Below the pieces are notes generated by a model. It saw only the letters and a program-made list of their open reading frames with translations. It was not told the origin of the DNA and made no database searches. DNA of 64,000 nucleotides from an uncultured delta proteobacterium (lineage in GTDB: Bacteria; Desulfobacterota; BSN033; UBA1163): assembly GCA_963827685.1 (NCBI GenBank), contig CAWHBU010000001.1, forward strand, positions 32,001-96,000, in the 5' to 3' direction. Within the stretch, counting starts at the first letter, position 1. Every line of letters starts with the position of its first letter. Made by a program: the position numbers and the translations under genes. Positions 10,291 through 19,929 of this stretch are shown here, in pieces.

Positions 10291-10971
10291 TTAGCCCCGA
10301 TCTTCCATGACATAACCCACCCCTTTCACGGTGTGGAGAAGTTTGGGTTCGAATTCCTTATCGATCTTATTCCGTAAATGAAAAACATGGACATCCACCA
10401 CATTGGTAGAGGGGTCAAAGTGGCAATCAAAGATCTTCTCAGAAATCATGGTTCGAGTAATGATCTCGCCAGGGTGTCTCATGAAGAACTCAAGGAGAGC
10501 ATATTCCTTCGGGGTGAGCTCGATCTTGACTTTTTCCCGAAAAACCCGATGCCCATCGGATTCTAAAATGAGGTTAGCCACTTGCAATCTTGAAGTGGAG
10601 ATATTTGTCTTGCCTCTTCTCAGGATAGCCCGAATCCTGGCAAGCAATTCATTAAAAGAGAAAGGTTTGGTTAGGTAATCATCCGCTCCTAAATTTAACC
10701 CTCTAACAATATCACTGTCCGAATCCTTTGCCGTTAAGAGGATCACAGCGGTTTGAATATCCATGGATCGGATCTTTTTCAGAACCTCCCTCCCATCCAT
10801 TTTCGGAAGCATGATGTCAAGGACGATCAGATCGTCGTATTTCATATGAGACGCAAGCTGCAACCCCTCTTCTCCATTCGAAGCCACATCCACAGAAAAG
10901 GCTTTTTCTACCAGTCCTTTCTTAACGAATTGGACAATGCCTTTGTCGTCTTCGACCAATAAAATTCTCAT
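10291..10971 (-). CDS. OmpR/CusR-like response regulator (no kinase adjacent)
   Basis: ILLVEDD, LDIMLP, GADDYLTKPF, LTPKEY, LHTVKGVGY. Confidence 0.92.
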   Translation of the reverse strand: MRILLVEDDKGIVQFVKKGLVEKAFSVDVASNGEEGLQLASHMKYDDLIVLDIMLPKMDGREVLKKIRSMDIQTAVILLTAKDSDSDIVRGLNLGADDYLTKPFSFNELLARIRAILRRGKTNISTSRLQVANLILESDGHRVFREKVKIELTPKEYALLEFFMRHPGEIITRTMISEKIFDCHFDPSTNVVDVHVFHLRNKIDKEFEPKLLHTVKGVGYVMEDRG

Positions 10972-11193
10972 CGGTTTTTATTCTAACAACTCCTTTTTTT
11001 ATGCCACTCTGTTGCACCTGTGTATTGTGAAATTCCAAAAAGCCATTGCCACAGCGACGGGCACTTGGCGGTCATATTCGAAAGGGATGGCAGGAACAAA
11101 CCTAGCCCCACGCGGATATGTCACTGAGTCGTCGTTAAGGATTCCTTTGACCTCCTTTCCCGTCCTCCCTCTTCTTCCAAATCTTAAACAAAC

Positions 11194-11226
11194 TAAGATT
11201 AAAGAAAGGTTAGAATAAGGTTAAGA
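11194..11226. promoter_or_regulatory. three tandem 11-bp direct repeats, candidate OmpR-family operator
   Basis: taagattaaag/aaaggttagaa/taaggttaaga upstream of the regulator gene. Confidence 0.4.
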
Positions 11227-11313
11227 TTTGTTAATTTTATGGAGTAAGGGCGCTCAAGTTCACTGGGTCTTATCCCTGATCAGGGCAAATCAATTTTTTA
11301 TTAATCAGAGAAA

Positions 11314-11339
11314 TGTCGCCTTTTATGCGAAAGGCGACA
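11314..11339. repeat. palindromic site P, copy 5 (26 bp)
   Basis: tgtcgcc-ttttatgcgaaa-ggcgaca. Confidence 0.8.
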
Positions 11340-11463
11340 CGCAGACCGTGCTCGCAACTCTAAGACCTCTCTCTTCAGGCCTCCCACTTTCCTAAATGAG
11401 ATTGTAAAAATTATCTTTTTAAAGATTTGCACTTGACCTTCCCCTGAAAAAGTGGACACATGA

Positions 11464-12321
11464 TTAAGTTTCATTAAGGAGCTTTTCATACTGCTCTGGG
11501 CTCCTGTACCCTAATGCCGAATGACTCCTCTGACGATTATAAAACACTTCCACGTACTCAAAAATACTAAGCCTCGCCTCCAGCCTTGAACGGTACCGCT
11601 CACCATGGACCAACTCCGTCTTGAGCGTGCCAAAGAAAGACTCCACATAGGCATTATCATAACAATTGCCACTTCTGCTCATACTAGGAGTCATGCCGTA
11701 TTCTCTTAAAAGCTCCTGATAGGCATAGCTTGCATACTGCCTGCCTCGATCAGAATGGTGGATCAACCCTTCAGAGGGGCTTTGCCTGCCCACCGCGTCC
11801 CTGAGCGCAGCAGAAGCTAGCTCCTGAGAGAGCTTATCGCTCATGGACAGCCCAATGATCTTTCTGCTTTTCACATTCATCACTGCTGCCACATAGAGCC
11901 ATCCCTCAGAAGTGGGCACAAACGTAATATCAGATGCCCATACCCCCTCTGTCTGCCTCTGGTCAATCAGTAAGTTTGCAGCCAAGGCATAATGATGCCG
12001 TGAATCGGTAGTCCGCCTGAATCTCTTTTTCTTCACTTCTGCCCATATGGAGTGCTCTTTCATGATCCTGGCTACCCGGTTCTTCCCACATCTAAGACCC
12101 TGCTTATTGAGCTCCGCTGCGATCCGCGGACTCCCATAGAGCCTTCTGCTTTGAGTGTGGATCTCCCGTATGTGCCCCAGCAACTCCTCATCGTCTTTCT
12201 GACGTGTGCTCGGTTGACGCGTCTTCCACGCATAATAACCACTTCTGGATACCTTCAACACTTCACTCATACTCCTTATCTTGTAGGTCTCTCTGTGCTC
12301 TTCTATCAACCGATACTTCAT
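11464..12321 (-). CDS. IS3 transposase OrfB (DDE)
   Basis: WASDITF, HHSDRGRQY, DNAYVESFF, YNRQRSHS. Confidence 0.95.
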   Translation of the reverse strand: MKYRLIEEHRETYKIRSMSEVLKVSRSGYYAWKTRQPSTRQKDDEELLGHIREIHTQSRRLYGSPRIAAELNKQGLRCGKNRVARIMKEHSIWAEVKKKRFRRTTDSRHHYALAANLLIDQRQTEGVWASDITFVPTSEGWLYVAAVMNVKSRKIIGLSMSDKLSQELASAALRDAVGRQSPSEGLIHHSDRGRQYASYAYQELLREYGMTPSMSRSGNCYDNAYVESFFGTLKTELVHGERYRSRLEARLSIFEYVEVFYNRQRSHSALGYRSPEQYEKLLNET

Positions 12322-12620
12322 CTGTTTCGTTTGGAGAATACGGCCAAGGCTTTTTTTAAAATGTCCCTCTCTTCCTTCACCTTTTCTAATTCCTTCCGGA
12401 GCCCCTTTATTTCCGCTTCCTCTGGCGTTACACGGCCCTTCCCTACGAAGGCTTTATCCCCTTTAGCTAAGAACCTCCTCCTCCATAGATGAAGAAGATT
12501 GGGATGGATATCAAGCTCTCGGGCCACCTTGCCTACCGGCATCCCTTTCTCTGTGACCAACTGCACTGCATCTCGTTTGAACTCACGGCTGAAATGACGA
12601 TTCTTTTCCCCCATACGCAC
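12318..12620 (-). CDS. IS3 transposase OrfA (HTH)
   Basis: FSREFKRDAV..ERDILKKA; A7G slippery site 12350-12357 and ATGA overlap with orfB. Confidence 0.95.
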   Translation of the reverse strand: MRMGEKNRHFSREFKRDAVQLVTEKGMPVGKVARELDIHPNLLHLWRRRFLAKGDKAFVGKGRVTPEEAEIKGLRKELEKVKEERDILKKALAVFSKRNR

Positions 12621-12714
12621 CTCCTGTCCAATGATACAAATTCTCAGGTGTGTCCATCAACTCGGGGGAAGGTCACTTGAAATCTTGAGTGCTTAGATGG
12701 TTTGTTAGAATGAA

Positions 12715-12781
12715 GACTTCAGGAAGAAACTTTGTAAGAGGCGCGCGGGCAGACGCCAGCCAAGAACCTCACCGGAGGCAG
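12715..12781 (+). repeat. repeat R, copy 4 (5' portion)
   Basis: gacttcaggaagaaactttgtaagaggcgcgcgggcagacgccagccaagaacctcaccggaggcag. Confidence 0.85.
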
Positions 12782-12955
12782 GATAAGAAGGTCGAGGAAG
12801 ATGGATGGGCAACAACCACTTTTTCCTGTTGATTGACAGGTTTGGCCCCTTTTGTTATAGCAGGTCTATTGCTGTGATAGTTGCTGCCAAAGTTACGTTT
12901 TCCTCCACGGCCAACGTCGTGATCCCCTGCGTAGGCGGATGAAAGGAGAAAAAAG

Positions 12956-13711
12956 TTGAAGCCAAGTCGTTTTAAGGGTGAGGCGATTCCCTTCCTATTT
13001 ATCATGGCAATACTCCCTATCTTATTCTCATGCGCAACTTACAGCGTGAAAGGAAGTGGTCAGCCGGCCAAGATAAACCGCTTTATCAAAAAATTCATTG
13101 CGCACCATACCGCACAAATAGGGGAATCCGAGCAGTTAATCTTTGCAACCAATAGAGACTCCTCATCGGTTCTCGTCACCATTCATGCCGTAGAGAGAAA
13201 CGACGGTGTCTGGCACCTCGTATTCCCCGCATTTGCCGGATCGATTGGAGAGATGGGGTTTGCTGCGATTGACCATAAGAGAGAGGGAGACGGCAGATCC
13301 CCGAGCGGCATTTTCCCTTTGGGGATAGCTTTCGGATACGATCCTTCGGTTGTGACCAAAATGCCATACAGGCAGGCTACAGACGATGACTTCTGGGTGG
13401 ATGATGTCGATTCAGAAGACTACAACAAATGGGTCAAGGGTGAACCCAACGCAGCGTCTTGGGAAAAGATGAAGAGAGACGATGACCAGTATAAGTATGG
13501 AGTGGTGATCGAATACAATATGCACCCTATTGAAAAGGGAAAGGGGAGTGCGATCTTTTTGCACGTATGGAATGGCGGGGACTCAACCCTTGGCTGCGTC
13601 TCTATGCCTGAGGAGATGATTTTAAAAATTCTTGGGTGGCTTGATCCTGTTAAGAAACCCTTGATCATCATGGGGACAGAATTCGAACTTCGCGCAATGA
13701 TATCTCGCTAA
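12956..13711 (+). CDS. L,D-transpeptidase (YkuD-like) family lipoprotein
   Basis: KREGDGRSPSG; GSAIFLH..TLGCV His/Cys catalytic motif; lipobox LFSC. Confidence 0.85.
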   Translation: MKPSRFKGEAIPFLFIMAILPILFSCATYSVKGSGQPAKINRFIKKFIAHHTAQIGESEQLIFATNRDSSSVLVTIHAVERNDGVWHLVFPAFAGSIGEMGFAAIDHKREGDGRSPSGIFPLGIAFGYDPSVVTKMPYRQATDDDFWVDDVDSEDYNKWVKGEPNAASWEKMKRDDDQYKYGVVIEYNMHPIEKGKGSAIFLHVWNGGDSTLGCVSMPEEMILKILGWLDPVKKPLIIMGTEFELRAMISR

Positions 13712-13780
13712 TCTTGCTTCAGTCGATTTAAGCACCTGTGACTCTATTTTGAATACCATAGAGGAAGATCTTTTGGGAAG

Positions 13781-14554
13781 ATGGGGGTCTATTCAAAGAT
13801 GAACAGGGCCATGCAGATAGTGAAGCTCCCCGCCCTGTGGGCGGGGCTTGCAGGGCACGTTCCGGCCAAGATGACACATGACCGTCACGCGATACGGTCA
13901 CTGGCTATTCTCTTTGTAATCTTCATCATACTCACTGCCGGCATGGCATTCAGAGCATGGGGAGAAACGAAAGGGGAAGCGTCGGCGCACCCGCCTGGAA
14001 AGGTGGTTGATATTAAGGAAGTGAACCCTCGGATTATCGTCGATATGAAATATGCTACAGAGGATAATTTCGCAAAGAAGAGGCTTTACGATTCTAACAC
14101 CTGTTTTTTGAGGAAGTCTACCGCCGTCAAACTGGATGCAGTTCAGAAGGAGCTTGAGGGAATGAATCTCGGTTTAAAGGTATGGGACTGTTACAGGCCA
14201 TTGGCTGTCCAGCGGATCCTTTGGGCGATTCTTCCCGATGAGCGATATGTGGCGAATCCAGAAAAGGGATCCCGTCACAACCGGGCATCCGCCGTGGACG
14301 TGACACTTGTTGATTCCCAGGGAAAGGAACTTCAGATGCCGACTGGGTTCGATGATTTCAGCCCTCGGGCGGATCATCATTATCAAGACCTTCCGGGTCA
14401 AGCGATCAGGAATCGAGAGCTTCTCAAAGGCCTGATGGAAAAAGCGGGATTTATTCCTTTATCCGAGGAGTGGTGGCATTATGATGATGAAAAGTGGATG
14501 GAGTTTGACATAATGGATCTACCCTTTCAGGACCTTTTAAAACATCAAAATTAG
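13781..14554 (+). CDS. ddpX: D-alanyl-D-alanine dipeptidase (VanX/DdpX, M15D); start uncertain
   Basis: DCYRP, SRHNR..AVD, MPTGFDDF, EWWHY. Confidence 0.88.
   Translation: MGVYSKMNRAMQIVKLPALWAGLAGHVPAKMTHDRHAIRSLAILFVIFIILTAGMAFRAWGETKGEASAHPPGKVVDIKEVNPRIIVDMKYATEDNFAKKRLYDSNTCFLRKSTAVKLDAVQKELEGMNLGLKVWDCYRPLAVQRILWAILPDERYVANPEKGSRHNRASAVDVTLVDSQGKELQMPTGFDDFSPRADHHYQDLPGQAIRNRELLKGLMEKAGFIPLSEEWWHYDDEKWMEFDIMDLPFQDLLKHQN
13820..13869 (+). mobile_element. short palindromic mini-element M (IS200/IS605-end-like)
   Basis: gtgaagctccccgccctgtgggcggggctt..gggcac.t.ccggccaa matches both ends of 20734-20891 and 50586-50721. Confidence 0.65.
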
Positions 14555-14585
14555 GTGGAGGAAGTTCCGCGGTTTTCCCTTCGGA

Positions 14586-15944
14586 TTATTTCGAAGTGGT
14601 GGGGTCGAAGTAGCTGCGCGTGGCCGCAACCACCTGGGGTGCCAGAACGATCAGGGCGATCAGGTTCGGAAAGATCTGGAGACCGTTCATGGTGTCGGCA
14701 TAGTCCCATACGGTCTTCACCTCGGTGATGGCGCCTACGAAGATCAAGCCGCAATAGATCCAGGCGTAGATTTTGAGGACATTAGATCGAAAGATATATC
14801 CGAAGCAGAGCTCGCCATAGTAAGACCATCCTACCAGATTCGAGTAGCCGAACAGGAACGAGCTCACCGCCACCATCCAACCTCCAACGACCGGAATGCT
14901 GGTGTTGAAGGCGGAAGCCACCAGGGCGGTGCTCATGGTCCCGCTCGTCCACTTCCCTGTGATCGTTACCACGAGCGCGGTCATCGTGCAGGTAATGAAG
15001 GTGATGATGAACACGTCGACGGTCGCAATGAGGCCCTGGCGAACCGGGTCCCGGCTCCGGGCCGCTCCGTAGGCCATCCCTGCCGTCCCGAGTCCCGCCT
15101 CATTCGCATAGAGCCCGCGCGCTGCGCCGAGACGAGCAGCGAGAAGGACCGAGGCACCGGTGAATCCCCCGATCATGGCCGTCGGAGTAAAGGCGCTTTT
15201 CAGGATAAGGGCGACGGTCTGTGGCAGCAAGTGAATGTGGGCGAGGATGATGTAGAGTGAGCCGCCGACGTACAGGACCACTTTCAGCGGAACGAGCTTT
15301 TCCGCAAAACGGGCAATGCTCCTGATTCCTCCGATGACGACCAGCCAGGTACCGATGGCGATGCCAGCCCCTGCGAGCCACTTTGGAATGTGAAACTCGG
15401 TGTTAAGCACCAGCGCCATCGAGTTGGTTTGAGCCAAGGGGCCCGTCGTCATGGCCGCCATCCCCGCCAGGAAAGCAAACATCCAGGCGAGCACCGGTGA
15501 TCGGACGCCGTTCCGGAGGTAGTACATCGGGCCGCCAGCTACGCTGCCATCCGGCAGCTGCTCACGGAACTTCAGTCCCAGGACAGCCTCGCTGTATTTG
15601 GTCGCCATGGCGAAGAGGCCGCTGGCCCACATCCAGAAGACGGCGCCCGGCCCGCCTACGGCAATGGCAGTGGCCACGCCGGCGATGTTGCCGTTTCCGA
15701 TGGCTCCGGCAAGCATCGTCATCATCGACTGCCAGGGCGATATGTCTCCTGGAGGTGCAGAGGCTTCGGCCTGGGCTCGTGCCGGGACCGCAGTCCCCTG
15801 TGCGGCAAATCGCCAGCCCAATCTGAACTTGCGGAGGTGCGTAAACTTCAACCTGGAGGAGAGGTAGATACCGGTACCCATCAGTAGGGCAACCGTAACG
15901 GGCCCCCAAACCAGTGCAGCCGCTTGCGCCCAAAACTCGCTCAT
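14586..15944 (-). CDS. alanine/glycine:cation symporter (AGCS)
   Basis: IGNGNIAGVATAI..GGPGAVFWMW, GGPMYY, NEAGLG, PNLIAL; high-GC codon usage. Confidence 0.93.
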   Translation of the reverse strand: MSEFWAQAAALVWGPVTVALLMGTGIYLSSRLKFTHLRKFRLGWRFAAQGTAVPARAQAEASAPPGDISPWQSMMTMLAGAIGNGNIAGVATAIAVGGPGAVFWMWASGLFAMATKYSEAVLGLKFREQLPDGSVAGGPMYYLRNGVRSPVLAWMFAFLAGMAAMTTGPLAQTNSMALVLNTEFHIPKWLAGAGIAIGTWLVVIGGIRSIARFAEKLVPLKVVLYVGGSLYIILAHIHLLPQTVALILKSAFTPTAMIGGFTGASVLLAARLGAARGLYANEAGLGTAGMAYGAARSRDPVRQGLIATVDVFIITFITCTMTALVVTITGKWTSGTMSTALVASAFNTSIPVVGGWMVAVSSFLFGYSNLVGWSYYGELCFGYIFRSNVLKIYAWIYCGLIFVGAITEVKTVWDYADTMNGLQIFPNLIALIVLAPQVVAATRSYFDPTTSK

Positions 15945-16220
15945 GCGATTTGCCCGGTCCCCTTAATGATGGTCCTCGCTTGAAGCCATAGCCGAATCGG
16001 ATCATTCGCTATTGATTCCATCAGGCGGATCATCATTAAGAATCGAAAGCACAATAATGGAGCCCCACGGGCAAAGCCCGTGGTCTTCTGCATAGGCGGA
16101 TAAAGGATACGAACTCGCTTTTGGATGGGCTGAATTTACGAGAAATGGGGATGCATGTCAAGCGAAAAAGAGACAAGATGTGAAGGTGTCCCTTTATGGG
16201 GCCTTTACACAAAAGCGTCT

Positions 16221-17223
16221 TTATTCCGTAACCATCTTTTCCTTGGGACCTTCCTGGGCCATGACATCGATCTTTGCCCTGAGTTTTTCCAGGTCACCGA
16301 AAAACTCGTCTGAGGAGACCGTCCTTACCCATTTGCGGCCGACCGGTTTCATCACAGAGGAGAAACGGAGCTCGATTCGAAAACTCCTTCCTATAGGCAT
16401 ATTGGGTGAGTAAGACAATGCCAACAATGCCTGCGCTTATCAGGGCTGACGCGAGCATGCGTTTCCGGCCAGATGACTCGGTCATTACGGACAAGTGAGC
16501 GTAAAGCAGGAGTGAAAAAATCACAGTAAATCCGATGGAACCGACAACTTTGGCCGCAAGCGGCGCCGAGAGAAGGAACTCGACATACTCCTCGGCAGTG
16601 AAGAGCATAAGGAAAACGATGGAGGCGATGCCCGATATTCCGAGATGTGTCATAAAACGGAACGAATGTGCGACAAGCCGGTTGAGGAAAGACCAGAAGC
16701 CGGTCCAGAGAGCAAAGACAATCAGGAGAACAAGGGACATTCCGGTCAGGTCGGACCAAATGACCTTCTGGCTTATTCTCTGGGCGGAACTGAATACGTT
16801 GATGCTGAAGCCCGTGACGAACACTGCAGATGCGATCGCGGCATTTTCGATGTATCTGCCGAAGGGCTCGAACAACGTCCGGGATGAGGCCGCAGGCCCG
16901 ACCGCAAAGTCGCTCCCCCGCAACCTAAGAACCGTCTGGCCGATGCGAATAACGGCTTCACCGCCGGCCGGGATTCTGTGTCGTTCGATGCGCTCCCGCG
17001 ACTTCGACAGCCATGTGCCGTTTAGGGTGTTGAGGTCCTCCACGACAATGGCCCCCTCACCGTCCACCGAAAGCCTGAGGTGCTCCGTGTTGACAAGGCG
17101 GTCGTCAACGATCACGGCATTCCCATAGCCGCGACCGACCGTGGCGGGAAAGGAGTCGACCTTGACCCGCTCCCTGACATTGCCTCTCCTGTCGAGGATT
17201 TCCACAAAGGCTATTTTTCCCAT
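16221..17223 (-). pseudogene. FHA-domain membrane protein, frameshift near 16375
   Basis: VGRGYGN..H..DLNTLNGTW FHA motif plus TM helices; C-terminus (ELRFSSVMKP...) continues in another frame. Confidence 0.75.
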
Positions 17224-18487
17224 GTGATCATTTCCAGATATCCCTTTGTCAGCGCCACCGCCTTCTCGAAGCTCACTCCTGAAATATCGAGTTCCGTTTC
17301 AAGCCCAGAATTCTCAGAACTGAGGACAGCTGCCTTGAAGACAACGTCGTAAAGTCCCTTGAGTTTCCTGTATCCACGTGCGCAGAAGGCAATCTTGAAG
17401 GTTATCTCGCCGCGCTTTACAGTCCCGGACTTGCACTCAAATTTCGTGACCTCCTCTTCGTTGCCAACCATGTAATGCCTCGGACCCTTAAACAACTCCG
17501 AATACAGATTATTGAAACGGAAGTTATTCATCCCCCCGTTCGTGATAGAACGATGGCTGAAACTCATGATCCCTGAAGAGTGTTCGCCTGAAATATAGAT
17601 GTAATCATCTGTGGAGCAGCGGTGGTCGACAGTGTGGTACGGGGACTTCTCCGGATGACTCGAATCCCCCCAGCACTTGAAGAAAGGCGAAAGCTGGCCG
17701 GGCAGCCGATAGTCGCCAATCCGAACCGTCTGGCCGGACCTTATGAGGTCATCCGAGAAAAAAACGTCCTGGTGGGCCAATATCTGGCGACGGATATCTT
17801 CGAGGAAGCTTTGCGAGTCCTTCTTCGCAGCATCGACTGATTTCATGAGCCTTGCCACGGCCTCCGTCGGAACGAGGAAGCTGATTGCCTGGCCTCTTGA
17901 TGACACGTTCACCCCCACCACCTCACCAGAGGCGTTGATCGCCGGGCCCCACTCATCCCCGGGTTGATCGGCGCGGTGAAATGTATCTTTTTGTAAAGGG
18001 CGTGCTTCATAAGGCCATTATAGGTCCCTTCGACAATGCTCAAGCCGATATCCTGCGGAAAACCCATCGAATAAAGGCGCGTCCCCTGCTGCGGCTCTCT
18101 GGCCGCGATCATGAAAAAGGGCACGTCGTTCACTTCAGCTTTGACCAGGGCAAGATCGTTGATGACGTCTACGTCTATTACGGAAAGGGCTCGAATTGTG
18201 CCGGCTGGCTCGACCAACTCGGCGCGGTAGCGGTCAGGATGGAGGATCAGCTTACAGATGACATGGTAATTCGTGACGATGTGGCCGTGTGGGTCGACGA
18301 AAAAACCGGAACCTATCACGGCCTTCGCACCTGAATCCTTTTCAACCACCTGAATCTTCACCACACGGTCAGAATACTTCCCGAAGACCTTCTCGGTCTC
18401 GGGCAGCATCTCCTGTGCGATGGAAAGGACAGAGAGTGAAGATATCGCGATAAGAGAAAAAACGGCGGCACATACTACTCTTTTCAT
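17211..18487 (-). pseudogene. trypsin-like serine protease, frameshift in a G run near 17947
   Basis: GSGF, TNYHV, DLAL, INPGMSG; one more G restores GMSGGPAIN..VVGVN. Confidence 0.8.
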
Positions 18488-18672
18488 TCTCGTCCCGTTA
18501 GCGTCTTTTAGTTAGAGATTATCCACAGAATAAACCCACCATCCGTCCATGTCAAGAAAACGAACAAAATACAAGAAACTCACCGCAGGCGGGAGAAAGA
18601 TCAACCAAAACTTACTTGTGGGCCTTCTCCTCTGAGTGAAGAAAGGATCAGCTCCTGGGCATAACAATCGCT

Positions 18673-19410
18673 CTATTTCATATTTCGGATCCGGACCTCG
18701 ATCTCTGGAGTTCCCTTAAGCAGGCTTACCACCTTCGATGTATCCGTCTCACCGAAGTGATAGGGATAGAGGATCTTAGGTTTGAAGGCCTTTGCCGCCT
18801 CAGCCACCATCTTGGACGTCATTGTGTAGGGGAGATTCATGGGCAGGAAGGCGATGTCGATGTTCTTCAGGCCTTTCATCTCCGGAACGTTCTCTGTATC
18901 GCCCGCCACATACACCCGCTTGTCCCCGAAGGTAATGATGTAGCCGTTGCCTACCCCCTTTGGGTGGAAAGGCTGACCGGTGTCTCTTTTATGGACGATA
19001 TTGTAGGCGGGCACAGCCTCGATCTTCAATCCTTCCACTGTCTTCACATCGCCGTTCATCATCACAATGCCTCCCTGCACCTGTTTGGCACAGGTCTCGG
19101 TTAACACCACTACCGTTTTTTCTGTCCGCACTGTGTTCAAGGCCTTCAGATCAAGGTGATCCCTGTGCTCATGGGTCAAGAGGATTAAGTCGGCCTTGGG
19201 GAGGATATTATAATCGGCCAAAGCGCTGTAGGGATCCACATGAATCACCTTTCCCCCAAAGTTGAACATTAACGTGCCGTGGCCCACGAAGGTGATCTTC
19301 AAGTCGCCTGCCGATGTCTTAATGACATCCGTCTCGAATCCCTTTTGAGCAAAAGCAGAAAGTACTATGATCAAGGATAGCAGATTGATCAACAATAACA
19401 GGGCCTTCAT
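18673..19410 (-). CDS. MBL-fold metallo-hydrolase
   Basis: THEHRDH, AGDT, PYHF. Confidence 0.9.
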   Translation of the reverse strand: MKALLLLINLLSLIIVLSAFAQKGFETDVIKTSAGDLKITFVGHGTLMFNFGGKVIHVDPYSALADYNILPKADLILLTHEHRDHLDLKALNTVRTEKTVVVLTETCAKQVQGGIVMMNGDVKTVEGLKIEAVPAYNIVHKRDTGQPFHPKGVGNGYIITFGDKRVYVAGDTENVPEMKGLKNIDIAFLPMNLPYTMTSKMVAEAAKAFKPKILYPYHFGETDTSKVVSLLKGTPEIEVRIRNMK

Positions 19411-19521
19411 GTCACACCTCCTCTGGAATCTGGAGATATTCGAACTACCTTTGCTATTATAGCGTTACCACTTGATAAATCAAACCCTGAGGGTATTGCG
19501 AAAGGGGAGGGTTCCTCAATT

Positions 19522-19660
19522 CAAGAACCCACCCCAGAGGCAGGAGAGAGACTACGGTCTCCAGGAGATATTTAAGAGAGAAGAGAAATGAAGGTGTTCT
19601 GAACGATACTTAACCTTACAAATCCCATCGAATTAACTCTCGATTAACAAGTAAACCTAC
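19522..19660 (+). repeat. repeat R, copy 5 (most diverged)
   Basis: gagatatttaagagagaagagaaatgaaggtgttctgaacgatacttaa..acaaatcccatcgaattaactc. Confidence 0.85.
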
Positions 19661-19929
19661 TCACCTTATCTTTGCTTCGCCGTAGGGCATGGGGTTGAAG
19701 ATGACTGGCTGCTATTGAGTTAAAGCAGGGACTCCAAAAATCACACTTTCACGAAGAATTAAATGGAATTGTCTTCTGCCAATTCTGCAAGATTAGCCAG
19801 TAGAGAATAGAGACCTTTCTTACTCCGGGGCTTTTTAACCTTAAGTCCTGGTTCCTCCTAATTCTGTTAGTTGAATGGCCTTTCCAAAAATGATAGATTG
19901 AGAGTAATGAAGGGGGTTTTCATCCAAAA

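Larger units (their letters stand above)
11434..12675 (-). mobile_element. IS3-family insertion sequence, copy 1 (1242 bp)
   Basis: TG...CA ends; IRs tgaccttcccc..tggacaca / tgtgtcca..ggggaaggtca; orfA/orfB. Confidence 0.95.

Noticed and set aside
15945-16060. Glycine riboswitch upstream of the AGCS symporter
   Set aside because: Conserved GGAGA/CCGAAG/CUCUCAGG elements were not found
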